Assembly (NCBI GenBank): GCA_046759165.1
Contig: JBHIBS010000006.1
Location: 1 to 54,401 of the forward strand
Source: a bacterium
GTDB lineage: Bacteria > UBA6262 > WVXT01
Direction: 5' to 3'
Length of the DNA: 54,401 nucleotides
Shown here piece by piece: positions 39,243-52,045 of the stretch (within the stretch, counting starts at the first letter, position 1; the number at the start of each line of letters is the position of its first letter). The translations under genes and the position numbers were made by a program. The notes beneath the pieces were generated by a model. The model was given only the letters and a program-made list of their open reading frames with translations. It was not told the origin of the DNA and did no database searches.

Positions 39243-39274
39243 ACCCTCCGACACATGTCGGGGGGTTTTATTTT
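39243..39274 (+). terminator. Intrinsic terminator
   Basis: ACCCTCCGAC..GTCGGGGGGT followed by TTTATTTT. Confidence 0.65.
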
Positions 39275-39426
39275 GGCACCTTTTCGTTCCGCTAAAACCG
39301 GAACGGAGATTCGAAATTGATTTATAATTTCGAATCGGTAAATTTCGATTTTCGAATCTCTTCTAAATGAATTGGAATAATGGGGGAAAAAGGGCTTTTC
39401 GGGAAACCCTTTAAGGGGGATTTCTC

Positions 39427-39456
39427 TTGACAAATGAGGGTTAAAAAAGGTAAAAT
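39427..39456 (+). promoter_or_regulatory. remB-gyrB promoter
   Basis: TTGACA-18-TAAAAT. Confidence 0.6.
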
Positions 39457-39500
39457 AAATTTGAAAAATCGAAATTTGTTGCTGTTAAATTTTATTTTTT

Positions 39501-42150
<2,650 letters not shown>

Positions 42151-42161
42151 TGGAAAGAGAT

Positions 42162-42549
42162 AGAGAAGTTCGGTTTGCGTACTAAGAATTCTACTGTTTT
42201 CTCAAGCCGAACTTTTTTAGCCTAAAGGAGAGAGGAAGGAAGAGTTGATTTTTCGGTCGCTGGGAATTTTTTACTGCTTGGAAACCGAGGCTTCTGCAGG
42301 GCGCAGAATTAAACTCGCCCCGATAAATCCGGGCTCAAACAAAATTCTGCTGGGAAGTGTTATTGTCAGCCTCGTTTCCTCGCTAAAATTCCAATGCTCC
42401 TCAAAATCAACTTTTCTCTAAGGGGAGGTAGAAAAAGGATACATAGCTTGTTTTTTCACCAAAATTTCTAATTCTCCTCACGAACTATATTTCCTTAAAA
42501 GGGGGAGTAAAGCAAGAAATTAAAAGCTGCTCGCAAACTAACTTTTCTT
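42162..42549. mobile_element. MITE-like nested hairpin cluster between gyrB and gyrA
   Basis: Nested inverted repeats AGTTGATTTT/AAAATCAACT, GGAAAC.GAGGCT/AGCCTCGTTTCC, GCAGAATT/AATTCTGC; family A-like ends at 42476 and 42526. Confidence 0.6.
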
Positions 42550-42560
42550 AGGGAGAGATT

Positions 42561-45008
42561 ATGATGGAAACTTCAGAGAAGATTAAACCGCGAACCATCG
42601 AGGACGAGATGAAGGACTCTTATATAGACTATGCGATGAGCGTAATTGTGGGTAGAGCTCTTCCCGACGTGAGGGATGGTTTGAAACCCGTTCACCGGCG
42701 TATTCTCTACGCCATGCGGGAGCTCGGTTTACTTCCCAATAAGCCTTATAAGAAGAGTGCCCGGGTGGTGGGTGAAGTGTTGGGCAAATACCATCCCCAT
42801 GGAGATATGGCTGTATACGATGCTATGGTCAGGATGATTCAGGATTTCTCCTTAAGGTATCCTCTCATCGATGGGCAAGGCAATTTCGGTAGCGTCGACG
42901 GTGATATGGCAGCGGCAATGAGGTACACGGAAGTGAGGCTGGCAGACATTGCTTCAGAAATGCTTAGTGATATTAATAAGAAAACAGTCGACTTCGCCCC
43001 AAATTTTGATGAGTCTTTAGAAGAACCCGTGGTTCTGCCTGCCAGGGTCCCCAACCTCTTGGTCAACGGTTCTTCAGGTATTGCCGTGGGAATGGCCACC
43101 AATATACCGCCCCATAACCTGGGAGAAGTGATTGATGGGATAGTAATGCTTATAGATAATCCCAACATTGAAATTACAGAATTAATGAAAGTAATTAAAG
43201 GCCCCGACTTCCCCACCGGTGGAATAATATCTGGTAAGCAGGGGGTAAGAGATGCCTACCGCACAGGCAGGGGTTCGATCCGGTTGAGAGCCGATGTGGA
43301 CATTGAACAGATTGGTAGTGCCAGGCAAGCTATAGTGGTTAAAGAGCTCCCCTATCAGGTAAACAAGTCTCAGCTTCTGGAGACAATAGCCAATCTGGTA
43401 AGGGATAAGAAGATAGACGGTATCAGTAACCTGCGTGACGAATCTGACCGCATGGGGATGCGAATAGTCATTGAACTTAAGCGGGAAGAGAATGCTCAGA
43501 TTGTGCTTAACCAGTTATTCAACCATACGCAACTTGAGACCACTTTCGGAGTAATCACGCTTGCCTTGGTAAATAATGTTCCCAGAATATTGAACTTGAA
43601 GGAAATACTCTCCCAATACCTCGAATACCGAAAAGAGATCGTTACCCGGCGCACGAGGTTTGAATTGGAAAAGGCCGAAGAGCGAGCTCACATTTTGGAA
43701 GGATTAAAGAGAGCGGTGGAAAATTTGAATAGAGTGATTACTATTATAGAAAAATCGAAAGACGCGGAGAAGGCAAGAGAGTCCTTAATGGAAAATTTCA
43801 AATTCACTAGAGCCCAGGCCCAAGCGATTCTCGATATGAGGTTGCACCAATTGACCGGCTTGGAGCGGGACAAGATATTGGAAGAGTATGTAGAATTGAT
43901 TAAGAATATAGAGCAGTTGAAAGCGATTCTTGCTACTGGGAAAAAGGTCGTGGACATTATCAGGAAAGAATTAATGAGTGTAAAGGAAAGATACGGAGAC
44001 AAGCGGAGAACCAAGATTAAGGCTCAGGCCGTAGAAATGGATATAGAAGACCTCATTCCTGAGGAGGATGTAGTTGTCACTATCTCCCACGCTGGCTATG
44101 TCAAGCGGCTCCCTGTGTCTACATATCGTGCTCAGCGCAGGGGAGGGAGAGGGATTACTGGAATGGTGACTAGGGAAGAGGATTTTATAGAGAACATATT
44201 TATCACCACAACGCACAGCTATATGCTATTTTTCACTAATCTGGGAAAAGTCTATTGGTTGAAAGTTTATGAGATTCCAGAGGCGACTCGAACTGCAAAA
44301 GGGAAGGCCATTGTAAATCTAGTTAGGCTATCTTCTCCGGGAGAGTCGATTACAGCTATGGTACCTGTAAGAGAGTTCGTTAAAGAGGAAAAGAAGTATC
44401 TGTTGATGGTAACTTGCAATGGAGTGATAAAGATGACGCCCTTGAAGGAATATTCGAATCCCCGCAGGGGCGGTATTATAGCCATAAAACTGGGCAAAAG
44501 AGATAGTCTCATCGATGTCAAGCTTACTACTGGCAAAGAAGAGGTAATTATCGGCACCAGAAAAGGCAAGGCCATCCGTTTTGGCGAAGAGGAAATGCGT
44601 TCCATTGGTCGTACGGGACAGGGAGTAAGAGGTATAAGACTGGGAGAAGGGGATGGAGTGGTCGGTATGGAGATCGTGAACAAAGGTGATAGACTCCTAA
44701 CTGCCACATCCAATGGTTATGGAAAGAGGACGCATGTGGATAAATATAGGCTACAGGCACGAGGGGGCAAGGGCGTGATTAACATAATAACTGACCAAAG
44801 GAACGGTGAGGTAGTGGGAATAAAAAGGGTCACTGATGGGGATGATGTAGTGTTAGTTACCTCCCGGGGTCTATTCATACGTCAACCCGTAAGAGGCATT
44901 CGACTCATAGGCAGGAGTACCAAAGGTGTGAGGCTAATCAGACTTAAGGAAGAGGACAGATTGGTTGCTATTGCTGAGGTGGCCAAAGAGAACGAGGAGA
45001 AAGTGTGA
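42561..45008 (+). CDS. gyrA: DNA gyrase subunit A
   Basis: [14 protein letters not shown], GyrA-box QRRGGRG. Confidence 0.98.
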   Translation: MMETSEKIKPRTIEDEMKDSYIDYAMSVIVGRALPDVRDGLKPVHRRILYAMRELGLLPNKPYKKSARVVGEVLGKYHPHGDMAVYDAMVRMIQDFSLRYPLIDGQGNFGSVDGDMAAAMRYTEVRLADIASEMLSDINKKTVDFAPNFDESLEEPVVLPARVPNLLVNGSSGIAVGMATNIPPHNLGEVIDGIVMLIDNPNIEITELMKVIKGPDFPTGGIISGKQGVRDAYRTGRGSIRLRADVDIEQIGSARQAIVVKELPYQVNKSQLLETIANLVRDKKIDGISNLRDESDRMGMRIVIELKREENAQIVLNQLFNHTQLETTFGVITLALVNNVPRILNLKEILSQYLEYRKEIVTRRTRFELEKAEERAHILEGLKRAVENLNRVITIIEKSKDAEKARESLMENFKFTRAQAQAILDMRLHQLTGLERDKILEEYVELIKNIEQLKAILATGKKVVDIIRKELMSVKERYGDKRRTKIKAQAVEMDIEDLIPEEDVVVTISHAGYVKRLPVSTYRAQRRGGRGITGMVTREEDFIENIFITTTHSYMLFFTNLGKVYWLKVYEIPEATRTAKGKAIVNLVRLSSPGESITAMVPVREFVKEEKKYLLMVTCNGVIKMTPLKEYSNPRRGGIIAIKLGKRDSLIDVKLTTGKEEVIIGTRKGKAIRFGEEEMRSIGRTGQGVRGIRLGEGDGVVGMEIVNKGDRLLTATSNGYGKRTHVDKYRLQARGGKGVINIITDQRNGEVVGIKRVTDGDDVVLVTSRGLFIRQPVRGIRLIGRSTKGVRLIRLKEEDRLVAIAEVAKENEEKV

Positions 45009-45445
45009 AGAAGTTTGAAGTAATTGATCATACAGCAGATATGGGGATTAAAGCATATGGTAAGGATCTGGCCGAGCTATTTACAAGTGCAGCCTGTGGG
45101 ATGGCAAGTTTGATTACAGATTTGGAGAAGGTTAGCCCCAAAGATTCAGAGGATATCTCGTTGAAGGCAGATAATAGAGAGGAGCTTCTGGTCTCCTGGC
45201 TGAATGAGATACTCTATCTTTTCGCCTCAAAGAGCATGCTGTTCTCAAAATTTGAGGTTTCAGAGATAGATGAGAAACATCTGAGGGCAAAGATATTTGG
45301 AGAAGAGCTCGATACTACAAGACACAAGGTCAAAATAGAGTTTAAGGCCGCTACCTACCACCAGCTAAGAATTTCAAAGCTAAGAGGAGATAATTCTACT
45401 CTCCCTAAGGGAATCTTGCAGGCAGTAGTAATATTCGACATTTAG
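45005..45445 (+). CDS. Archease
   Basis: DHTADMG, WLNE, KAATYH, C-terminal FDI. Confidence 0.93.
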   Translation: MKKFEVIDHTADMGIKAYGKDLAELFTSAACGMASLITDLEKVSPKDSEDISLKADNREELLVSWLNEILYLFASKSMLFSKFEVSEIDEKHLRAKIFGEELDTTRHKVKIEFKAATYHQLRISKLRGDNSTLPKGILQAVVIFDI

Positions 45446-45457
45446 AACGAGAATACT

Positions 45458-46912
45458 ATGGCAGAAGAGTGGCATCGAATATTGAAGAAGATTGATGACT
45501 ATAGGTGGCTACTTCCTAAGAAAGAAGGGATGAGGGTGCCCGGATTGATCTATGCCAATGAAAGGATACTCGACCACATCAGGATGGATAGAACACCTGT
45601 CCAGGTAGCCAATGTGGCCCATCTTCCTGGAATTGTGGGCAAATCGATGGCCATGCCAGATATACACTGGGGCTATGGGTTTGCCATTGGTGGAGTGGCA
45701 GCAATGGACATCGCTTCTGGAGGGGTAATTTCCCCCGGAGGTGTAGGCTATGACATCAATTGTGGAGTGAGACTTCTCAGAACCAATTTGAAGGAAAAGG
45801 ACGTTCGTCCAAAACTTCAAGATTTAATCTCTACACTGTTCGTAAACATTCCTTCAGGAGTGGGTTCTAAGGGAAGGATAAAGCTCTCCTCTCGAGAGGT
45901 AATGGAAGTTCTGGAGAAGGGCAGCCAGTGGGCCATAAAGAGAGGTTACGGGCTTCCCGAAGATGCTCCACATACTGAGGAGAAGGGCTCCATGGATGGT
46001 GCCGATGCCACCAAGGTGAGCCAGAGAGCCTTAGAAAGGGGAAGACAGCAGCTGGGCACATTGGGGGCAGGAAACCATTTTCTGGAGATTCAAGTTGTGG
46101 AGGAGATATACGACGAAGAGGTAACTAGAGTTTTCGGTATATTTCCTGGGCAGATCACGGTGATGATCCATACCGGCTCGAGAGGGCTCGGTTATCAAAT
46201 TTGTGACGATTACCTCAGGGTAATGGGGAACGCTGTAAGAAAATATAACATCAGTCTTCCCGATCGCCAACTGGCCTGTGCGCCAGTAGAGTCGGAGGAA
46301 GGTCAATACTACCTAAGGGCAATGAGGTGCGCAGCTAATTATGCTTGGGCAAATAGGCAGTGTATAATGCATTGGACAAGAGAGACTTTCGAAAGGGTCC
46401 TTAAGGTCACTCCCAAAGACCTGGGAATGGTGCTCATATACGATGTAGCACACAATATCGGAAAGATTGAAGAACACGTCATGGAGGGAAAGAAGAGAAC
46501 GCTCTGCATTCATAGAAAGGGTGCAACCAGAGCCTTTCCGGCAGGACATCCTGACGTGCCCGAGGATTATAATGGTGTAGGACAGCCGGTTATTATTCCA
46601 GGGACAATGGGATCCAACTCCTATGTCCTGGTGGGGACTCAGAGAGCTATGCAGGAGACATGGGGAAGTACATGCCACGGTGCGGGGAGAGTGATGTCCA
46701 GAACAAAAGCTTTACACTCGGTTCGCGGCGAACAGTTACAGAGGGAGCTGAGAGACAGAGGGATCATTATTCAGGCAAAAGGATACAAAACATTGGCAGA
46801 AGAAGCGCCTAGCGCTTATAAGGATGTCGATGAAGTAGTGGATGTCTGCCACAATGCAGGTATTTCTAGGAAAGTAGCCAAAACGAGACCAATTGGGGTG
46901 ATTAAAGGATAA
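45458..46912 (+). CDS. rtcB: RNA 3'-phosphate/5'-OH ligase, long archaeal-type
   Basis: [47 protein letters not shown]. Confidence 0.96.
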   Translation: MAEEWHRILKKIDDYRWLLPKKEGMRVPGLIYANERILDHIRMDRTPVQVANVAHLPGIVGKSMAMPDIHWGYGFAIGGVAAMDIASGGVISPGGVGYDINCGVRLLRTNLKEKDVRPKLQDLISTLFVNIPSGVGSKGRIKLSSREVMEVLEKGSQWAIKRGYGLPEDAPHTEEKGSMDGADATKVSQRALERGRQQLGTLGAGNHFLEIQVVEEIYDEEVTRVFGIFPGQITVMIHTGSRGLGYQICDDYLRVMGNAVRKYNISLPDRQLACAPVESEEGQYYLRAMRCAANYAWANRQCIMHWTRETFERVLKVTPKDLGMVLIYDVAHNIGKIEEHVMEGKKRTLCIHRKGATRAFPAGHPDVPEDYNGVGQPVIIPGTMGSNSYVLVGTQRAMQETWGSTCHGAGRVMSRTKALHSVRGEQLQRELRDRGIIIQAKGYKTLAEEAPSAYKDVDEVVDVCHNAGISRKVAKTRPIGVIKG

Positions 46913-46913
46913 G

Positions 46914-48191
46914 ATGCTCGATTTGAAATTGATCAGGGAAAATATAAAAAAGGTCAAGAGGAGCCTAAAAGAGCGGGGAGAAAAGATTTCTCTCGACGAA
47001 CTTCTCCAGCTGGATGAGCAGCGGAGGAAAATTTTAGTTGAAGTGGAAGATTTGAAACATAGAAGGAATGCGGCTTCGGAAGAGATAGGAAAATTGAAGA
47101 GGGAAGGGAAGGAAGTCAAAGAATTGATTGGGGAGATGAGGAGAGTTTCTGAGCATATAAAAGAGTTGGATGATAAGATAGGAGAACTTCAGGGGAAGAC
47201 AAGAAGTCTTCTTTTGATGATCCCGAACTTACCGCACGAATCTGTGCCTGTGGGAAGAACGCCTGAGGATAATAAGGTTGTGAGAGAAGGGAAACCGGAG
47301 AAGAAAAGGTTCAATTTTGAGCCTCGTGAACACTGGGATGTCGGGGAAAGTTTGGGAATCCTCGATTTCCCCCTCGCCTCCAGGATTTCAGGTTCCAGGT
47401 TTGCCCTCCTCAGGGGAGAGGGAGCGAGGCTGGAAAGGGCACTGATTAATTTCATGCTTGACCTACATACTAAAAGAGGGTATAAGGAGGTACTGCCGCC
47501 CTTTATGGTAAGCGGTGAGAGCATGATGGGAACAGGCCAGCTGCCCAAGTTTTCGATAGAACTTTACAGGTGCAAAGACGATGACCTCTATTTGATTCCC
47601 ACTGGTGAAGTGCCTCTGACCAATCTGCACAAGAATCAAATTCTAAGGGGAAAAGACTTACCTTTGAATTATGTGGCTTATACACCATGTTTCCGTAGAG
47701 AGGCTGGTTCTTATGGGAAGGACACCAAAGGATTGATTAGGAATCACCAGTTTAACAAGGTTGAACTGGTAAAGTTCACCAGGCCCGAAGATTCTTACGG
47801 TGAATTGCAAGTTCTGGTCAGCGATGCTGAGAAGGTTTTACAATTATTGGAAATCCCTTACCGGATTGTAGCTCTCTGCACAGGTGATTTAGGGTTTGGG
47901 GCAGCCAAAACTTACGACTTGGAAGTCTGGATGCCTGGGGAAAACAGGTGGAGGGAAGTGTCCTCTTGCAGTAACTTTACAGATTTTCAGGCGAGGAGAA
48001 TAAATATTAAGTATAGGAAAGAAAGAACCCTAACGCCCGAATATGTTCATACGTTAAATGGTTCTGGGCTCGCCATCGGTAGGACCTTTGCTGCTATCTT
48101 AGAGAATAATCAAACTGAGAGCGGGACGGTAATTATTCCTAAAGTTCTCCAGCCCTATATGAATGGATTGGAGATAATTGATAGGAGATAA
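46914..48191 (+). CDS. serS: Seryl-tRNA synthetase
   Basis: [30 protein letters not shown]. Confidence 0.97.
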   Translation: MLDLKLIRENIKKVKRSLKERGEKISLDELLQLDEQRRKILVEVEDLKHRRNAASEEIGKLKREGKEVKELIGEMRRVSEHIKELDDKIGELQGKTRSLLLMIPNLPHESVPVGRTPEDNKVVREGKPEKKRFNFEPREHWDVGESLGILDFPLASRISGSRFALLRGEGARLERALINFMLDLHTKRGYKEVLPPFMVSGESMMGTGQLPKFSIELYRCKDDDLYLIPTGEVPLTNLHKNQILRGKDLPLNYVAYTPCFRREAGSYGKDTKGLIRNHQFNKVELVKFTRPEDSYGELQVLVSDAEKVLQLLEIPYRIVALCTGDLGFGAAKTYDLEVWMPGENRWREVSSCSNFTDFQARRINIKYRKERTLTPEYVHTLNGSGLAIGRTFAAILENNQTESGTVIIPKVLQPYMNGLEIIDRR

Positions 48192-48192
48192 A

Positions 48193-48504
48193 ATGGGCAA
48201 GGAAGAGTGGAAAGTTAATAGTAAGGTGAAGATAATTTTGAGCAGGAACTGGATTGATATGTCTAAACTTTTAGTGAATACAGTGAGGAATACAGTCTGT
48301 GTTAAAGGGGAACTATCCTTTACCGGGGATAAAGTAGACGAACATAGTGAATTCGTAGTCTCCAATCAACTGAAGAAGGTCGAGAGGGAGATCTTGGCTC
48401 TCCGTGAGGTAAGACATGTCCAATGGAAGCTCGTTGGGTGGCGAAAATCGAAGAATAAATGGCAAAAAGAAGGATTCAAACCTTCAGTGGAGAAGAAGGA
48501 GTAA
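48193..48504 (+). CDS. Small hypothetical protein, possibly BON-like
   Basis: Follows serS with RBS AGGAG; L.R.WID..L.V....V.V.G.L pattern. Confidence 0.6.
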   Translation: MGKEEWKVNSKVKIILSRNWIDMSKLLVNTVRNTVCVKGELSFTGDKVDEHSEFVVSNQLKKVEREILALREVRHVQWKLVGWRKSKNKWQKEGFKPSVEKKE

Positions 48505-48506
48505 GT

Positions 48507-48593
48507 GGAAGGGTGGCCGAGCGGTTGATGGCGCTGGTCTTGAAAACCAGTTTCCGAGTAATCGGAACGTGAGTTCGAATCTCACCCCTTCCG
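48507..48593 (+). tRNA. tRNA-Ser(TGA), CCA not encoded
   Basis: GGAAGGG acceptor, CTGGT-CTTGAAA-ACCAG anticodon arm, long variable arm, GTTCGAATC. Confidence 0.95.
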
Positions 48594-48730
48594 TTCGTTG
48601 CCCAAACAGGAACAGAGATTCGAAATTTGGGATGGAGGAGCAAGCGAAACTTTTGGGGGGGACCTTCATTGTTGAAAGTGCGAACAGGTAAGGGACTAAG
48701 ATAAGGGTAAGAGTTGGGGTTAGGGAGTGA

Positions 48731-49048
48731 GATGGATAAGGTTAAGTCGAAGAAAATAATTAAAATTCTCATAAGAAACGGTCACGCACTTTTCCGGAAA
48801 GGTTTGGGGACAACACGCCAGTCTGGATATTCCGGGCAGAGCAGCGGTGCTTGTCTCGGCAATAGCCATGGTCGAAAAATAAGAAATCAAGCGAGCATGG
48901 AAAGAATTCCGCCCTGATCAGATGGTAGGTATCAGCCGGGAGATAGAAGACTTGATAACGGGCAAGAAAGACTGGCTGTCTACATTCTTCCTAATGAAGA
49001 AATAAGAAGAGAAGATTCCAAAACTGGAGAAGATTAGAAAGAGATAGT
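48731..49048 (+). pseudogene. Gene debris (NarL-like receiver start plus a second broken frame)
   Basis: IKILI..HALFRKGL resembles the NarL N-terminus; the downstream frame has internal stops. Confidence 0.35.
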
Positions 49049-49062
49049 AAAATATTTTTTTC

Positions 49063-49092
49063 TTGACAAATTCAGCTAAAATTTGTTATTTT
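49063..49092 (+). promoter_or_regulatory. Putative sigma70 promoter
   Basis: TTGACA at 49063 with a weak -10 (TATTTT). Confidence 0.4.
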
Positions 49093-49239
49093 AATTGGGC
49101 AAAAGTCGAGTGTTCTAAGCGTAAAAGTGCAACTAAACTGCTTACTTAGACCCCAAAACCTCATCTGATGTTCATGAATTCTCTGCAATTCTCCGTCCTT
49201 CCCACCGGGCTTTGAATGCCAGTCCTTTTAGGGTAAAAA

Positions 49240-49428
49240 ATGGAGAAGAACAAGAGAAAAAAACTTTTCTACTGTAAGAGATGCACAGGTAAATTTTCGA
49301 AAGATTTTGTGAAAAGACTGGATGGATATTATATTTGTTTAACCTGTGCCGGGATTGAAGAATTTCTAAAGGATAAAACTTTTTCTGATTATCCCTTTAA
49401 TGGGGGCAGGGATAAGGTCCGGGATTAG
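49240..49428 (+). CDS. Small CxxC..CxxC zinc-binding protein
   Basis: CKRC and CLTC in 62 aa. Confidence 0.55.
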   Translation: MEKNKRKKLFYCKRCTGKFSKDFVKRLDGYYICLTCAGIEEFLKDKTFSDYPFNGGRDKVRD

Positions 49429-49464
49429 GTGTTTGGGTTTGGAGAATTTCTTGTAAGTATACCG

Positions 49465-49548
49465 GAAACTCCGAAAGGGTAAACCCTGAGAAATTAGGGG
49501 ACACAAAACAACGGGGCTTGAATGCTAGCCGCGCTGCCGAAGAGTTTC
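49465..49548 (+). ncRNA. c-di-GMP-I riboswitch aptamer, second copy
   Basis: P1 GAAACTC/GAGTTTC; GGGTAAACCCTGA-GAAA-TTAGGGGACACAAA..CGGGGC..GCTAGCCG..TGCCGAA aligns with the 504-584 copy. Confidence 0.8.
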
Positions 49549-49553
49549 TTAGT

Positions 49554-49605
49554 AACCGGTTTTACTATCCGGCAGGGGTGGATAGGGAAATCGGTTTATT
49601 TTTTT
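49554..49605 (+). terminator. Riboswitch-associated intrinsic terminator
   Basis: AACCGGTTTT.CTATCC..GGATAG.GAAATCGGTT followed by TATTTTTTT. Confidence 0.75.
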
Positions 49606-49638
49606 GGCGAGAAGATGGTTGAGTTTACCGGGAAGAAA

Positions 49639-50544
49639 ATGAAGTTACTTCTTTTCTTGGCACTTTGGGTTTTTGCAGCATTCTCCAATTTTAACCGTTC
49701 ATATGCCGAACAACTGACCATTCAGCCAGGAGCGGGAGATGGGAAGGACAGTTACATTTCTCAGCGTGGTTATGAGGAAGACAAGAACTTTGGTGATAGC
49801 GAAGGCATATATGTGGGATACGACGATTGTGAACGGAGTCTAATTCAATTCGATTTAGTGTTGATACCCCCCAATGCCTCTATCTCCTATGCAGAATTAT
49901 ATCTCTATTTGATGGGCTCTTATGATGACCAGGAAACAGAGATTTATGTACATAGAATTACAAATTTCTGGAAGGAACAGGAAGTAACCTGGAAGGAAAG
50001 ATACCGAGAAAAGAGATGGGATTCACAAGGAGGCGATTTTGACTGGACAGTAGAGAGTTCGGTCTCTCTTATGGGCAAGAGTTCTGGTTGGGTCTCTTGG
50101 GATGTGACAAGGACAGTAAAGGGCTGGTTTAATCGAGAGTATATCAACTTTGGATTTTTACTTAATCAGGACATTAATAACAGGAACGAGAATCGATTTC
50201 TGTCAAGCGATACCCGCTGGGAGGATTATCGTCCCAAATTAGTGATATCTTATAAGTTAATTGAAACTCCTGCTGAGCCGGTTCCTTCTGTCAGAGTTTA
50301 CCCCAATCCCTTCAAACCTACTGCGGGTCACAGTGAGGTAAAATTTATTAACCTTCCCTCAGGTGCTTCAGTGAAAATATTTTCTATTGGTGGTGCGATA
50401 ATTGCAACACTTCAAGAAAAAAACGGGAAAGCAAATTGGGATGTAAGAGATAACGAAGGAAAGAAAGTGTCAAGTGGTTTCTATCTCTATCTTATTGAGA
50501 GTGAGAGAGAGCGTCGATACGGGAAAATAGTAATTCTCAGATGA
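49639..50544 (+). CDS. Secreted DNRLRE/CBM96-like protein with T9SS-like C-terminal domain
   Basis: Signal peptide, DSYI..NFG..RSLIQFDL..W.E..VTW..WDVT..RPKL, then VYPNP..W...G.Y.Y..GKIVILR. Confidence 0.8.
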   Translation: MKLLLFLALWVFAAFSNFNRSYAEQLTIQPGAGDGKDSYISQRGYEEDKNFGDSEGIYVGYDDCERSLIQFDLVLIPPNASISYAELYLYLMGSYDDQETEIYVHRITNFWKEQEVTWKERYREKRWDSQGGDFDWTVESSVSLMGKSSGWVSWDVTRTVKGWFNREYINFGFLLNQDINNRNENRFLSSDTRWEDYRPKLVISYKLIETPAEPVPSVRVYPNPFKPTAGHSEVKFINLPSGASVKIFSIGGAIIATLQEKNGKANWDVRDNEGKKVSSGFYLYLIESERERRYGKIVILR

Positions 50545-50553
50545 CACTGAAAA

Positions 50554-51663
50554 ATGGCAATGGGGAAAATTGTAACATTAACTTTCTTTCTACTTTTTCT
50601 TTCGGTTGGGCGACCTTCTTCTTCCCCTGCTGTTACTACAGGATTCGACTTCCTTAAAATGGGGGTGGGGGCCCGACCTCTCGCCTTGGGTGAAGCTTAT
50701 GTGGCATTAGCTGATGATATTAGTGCAATTTACTGGAATCCAGCCGGGCTTGTTCAGTTAAGGCGACAGGGAATGGGTTTTACATATAACAAATGGTTTG
50801 AAGATATTGGGTACCATTTTTTCGGTTATGCCCATCTACTTAACGATTCGGTTTTTGCCGCCAGTTTTTACTATTTAGGTGCAGAAAATATTGAGGGTAT
50901 CGACTACGAAAATAAGCCCACCGGTAAGTTTAATGTGTACGATCTCGCTGTAGCCTTTTCCTATAGTAGAAAAATGACCGATAAACTATCGGCGGGATTA
51001 AATTTTAAATTTATCAGGGAGAAACTGGAGGACGAGGTTGCCAATGCCTTTGCATTCGATTTGGCAGCCCTTTACAGGACTGGAATAAACAATTTAAGCT
51101 TGGGCCTGAATATCCAGAATATCGGAACAAAAATAAAATTCATTAAAGAATCGGCCAGTTTGCCTCTAAATTATAAGTTTGGGCTGGCTTATAAATTATT
51201 TCCTATTTATCCCGTGATATTAACCTTAGATTTTAACAAATTGGTGAACAAGGACATCTATTTCAGTTCAGGTGCTGAATGCTGGATTGGAGACTATGTT
51301 GCGGTGAGAATTGGACAAAAATTTGATCTCAACATAGAGGATGAACTGAGATTTGGGTTAGGTTTAATGGTGGAAAATTTGCGGTTAGATTATTCTTATA
51401 CACCTCATAAAATTCTAGGAGACACGCATCAGTTTAGCATTGGTTTCTATTTTGGAAGGCCTAAAATAGAGAAAGTTAAAATCTATAAAGAGAAAAAGGC
51501 AAGGATCGCTTCCCTTTATGAAGAGGGTATGGCATACTTCAATCGTAAACAGTATATCCAGGCAATTGCGAAATTTAGTGAAATTTTACGATTAGATCCA
51601 GAAAATAAAAAAGCACTAAACAAGATGAAAAAAGCAAATCGGCTCCTTATGGAGAAAAAATAA
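50554..51663 (+). CDS. PorV/PorQ-like outer-membrane beta-barrel with C-terminal TPR
   Basis: FL..GVGAR..ALGEA..A.ADD.SA.YWNPAGL, DYSY....LG.THQFS, terminal TPR. Confidence 0.82.
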   Translation: MAMGKIVTLTFFLLFLSVGRPSSSPAVTTGFDFLKMGVGARPLALGEAYVALADDISAIYWNPAGLVQLRRQGMGFTYNKWFEDIGYHFFGYAHLLNDSVFAASFYYLGAENIEGIDYENKPTGKFNVYDLAVAFSYSRKMTDKLSAGLNFKFIREKLEDEVANAFAFDLAALYRTGINNLSLGLNIQNIGTKIKFIKESASLPLNYKFGLAYKLFPIYPVILTLDFNKLVNKDIYFSSGAECWIGDYVAVRIGQKFDLNIEDELRFGLGLMVENLRLDYSYTPHKILGDTHQFSIGFYFGRPKIEKVKIYKEKKARIASLYEEGMAYFNRKQYIQAIAKFSEILRLDPENKKALNKMKKANRLLMEKK

Positions 51664-52045
51664 GTTAGTGGGTAAGGGAGTAAAGAACGTAGATATCCTG
51701 ATTGTGTATGATAGGATTGACCTTGTAGAACCACATTTAGGTGCGGTAATGATGATTGACTATTGTTCACTGAAGCTTGTGGAAGACTTACTAAAGAAGG
51801 GAACCTCCGTCTCTATATAAACCTTTCTTGGACATGGGGAAATTGGTCACAGTGATCGAAGAAGTGCAAAGGCAAAAAGGGACTTACCCCACCCCAACAG
51901 ACAGCGAATCTCCTCGCAGCTGATGCCGAAAGAGGTCACCGAGAAAACCTTTCAGATATGATTGAGATATGAAGAATACAGAACAGTTCCAGTTAGCACA
52001 ATTAAAGCGGGTTATGAAAGAGAACTCTGAAGAAGAGGAAGAAAG

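Noticed and set aside
48416-48772. ORFs overlapping 48507-48593
   Set aside because: They overlap the tRNA-Ser gene
49522-49638. N-terminal 39 aa of the DNRLRE ORF
   Set aside because: Lies within the riboswitch and terminator; the signal peptide starts at 49639
51750-52030. Possible pseudogene or third riboswitch before the cyclase (GGCAAA..TGCCGAAAG)
   Set aside because: Aptamer stems cannot be formed and the broken frames match no family I recognise
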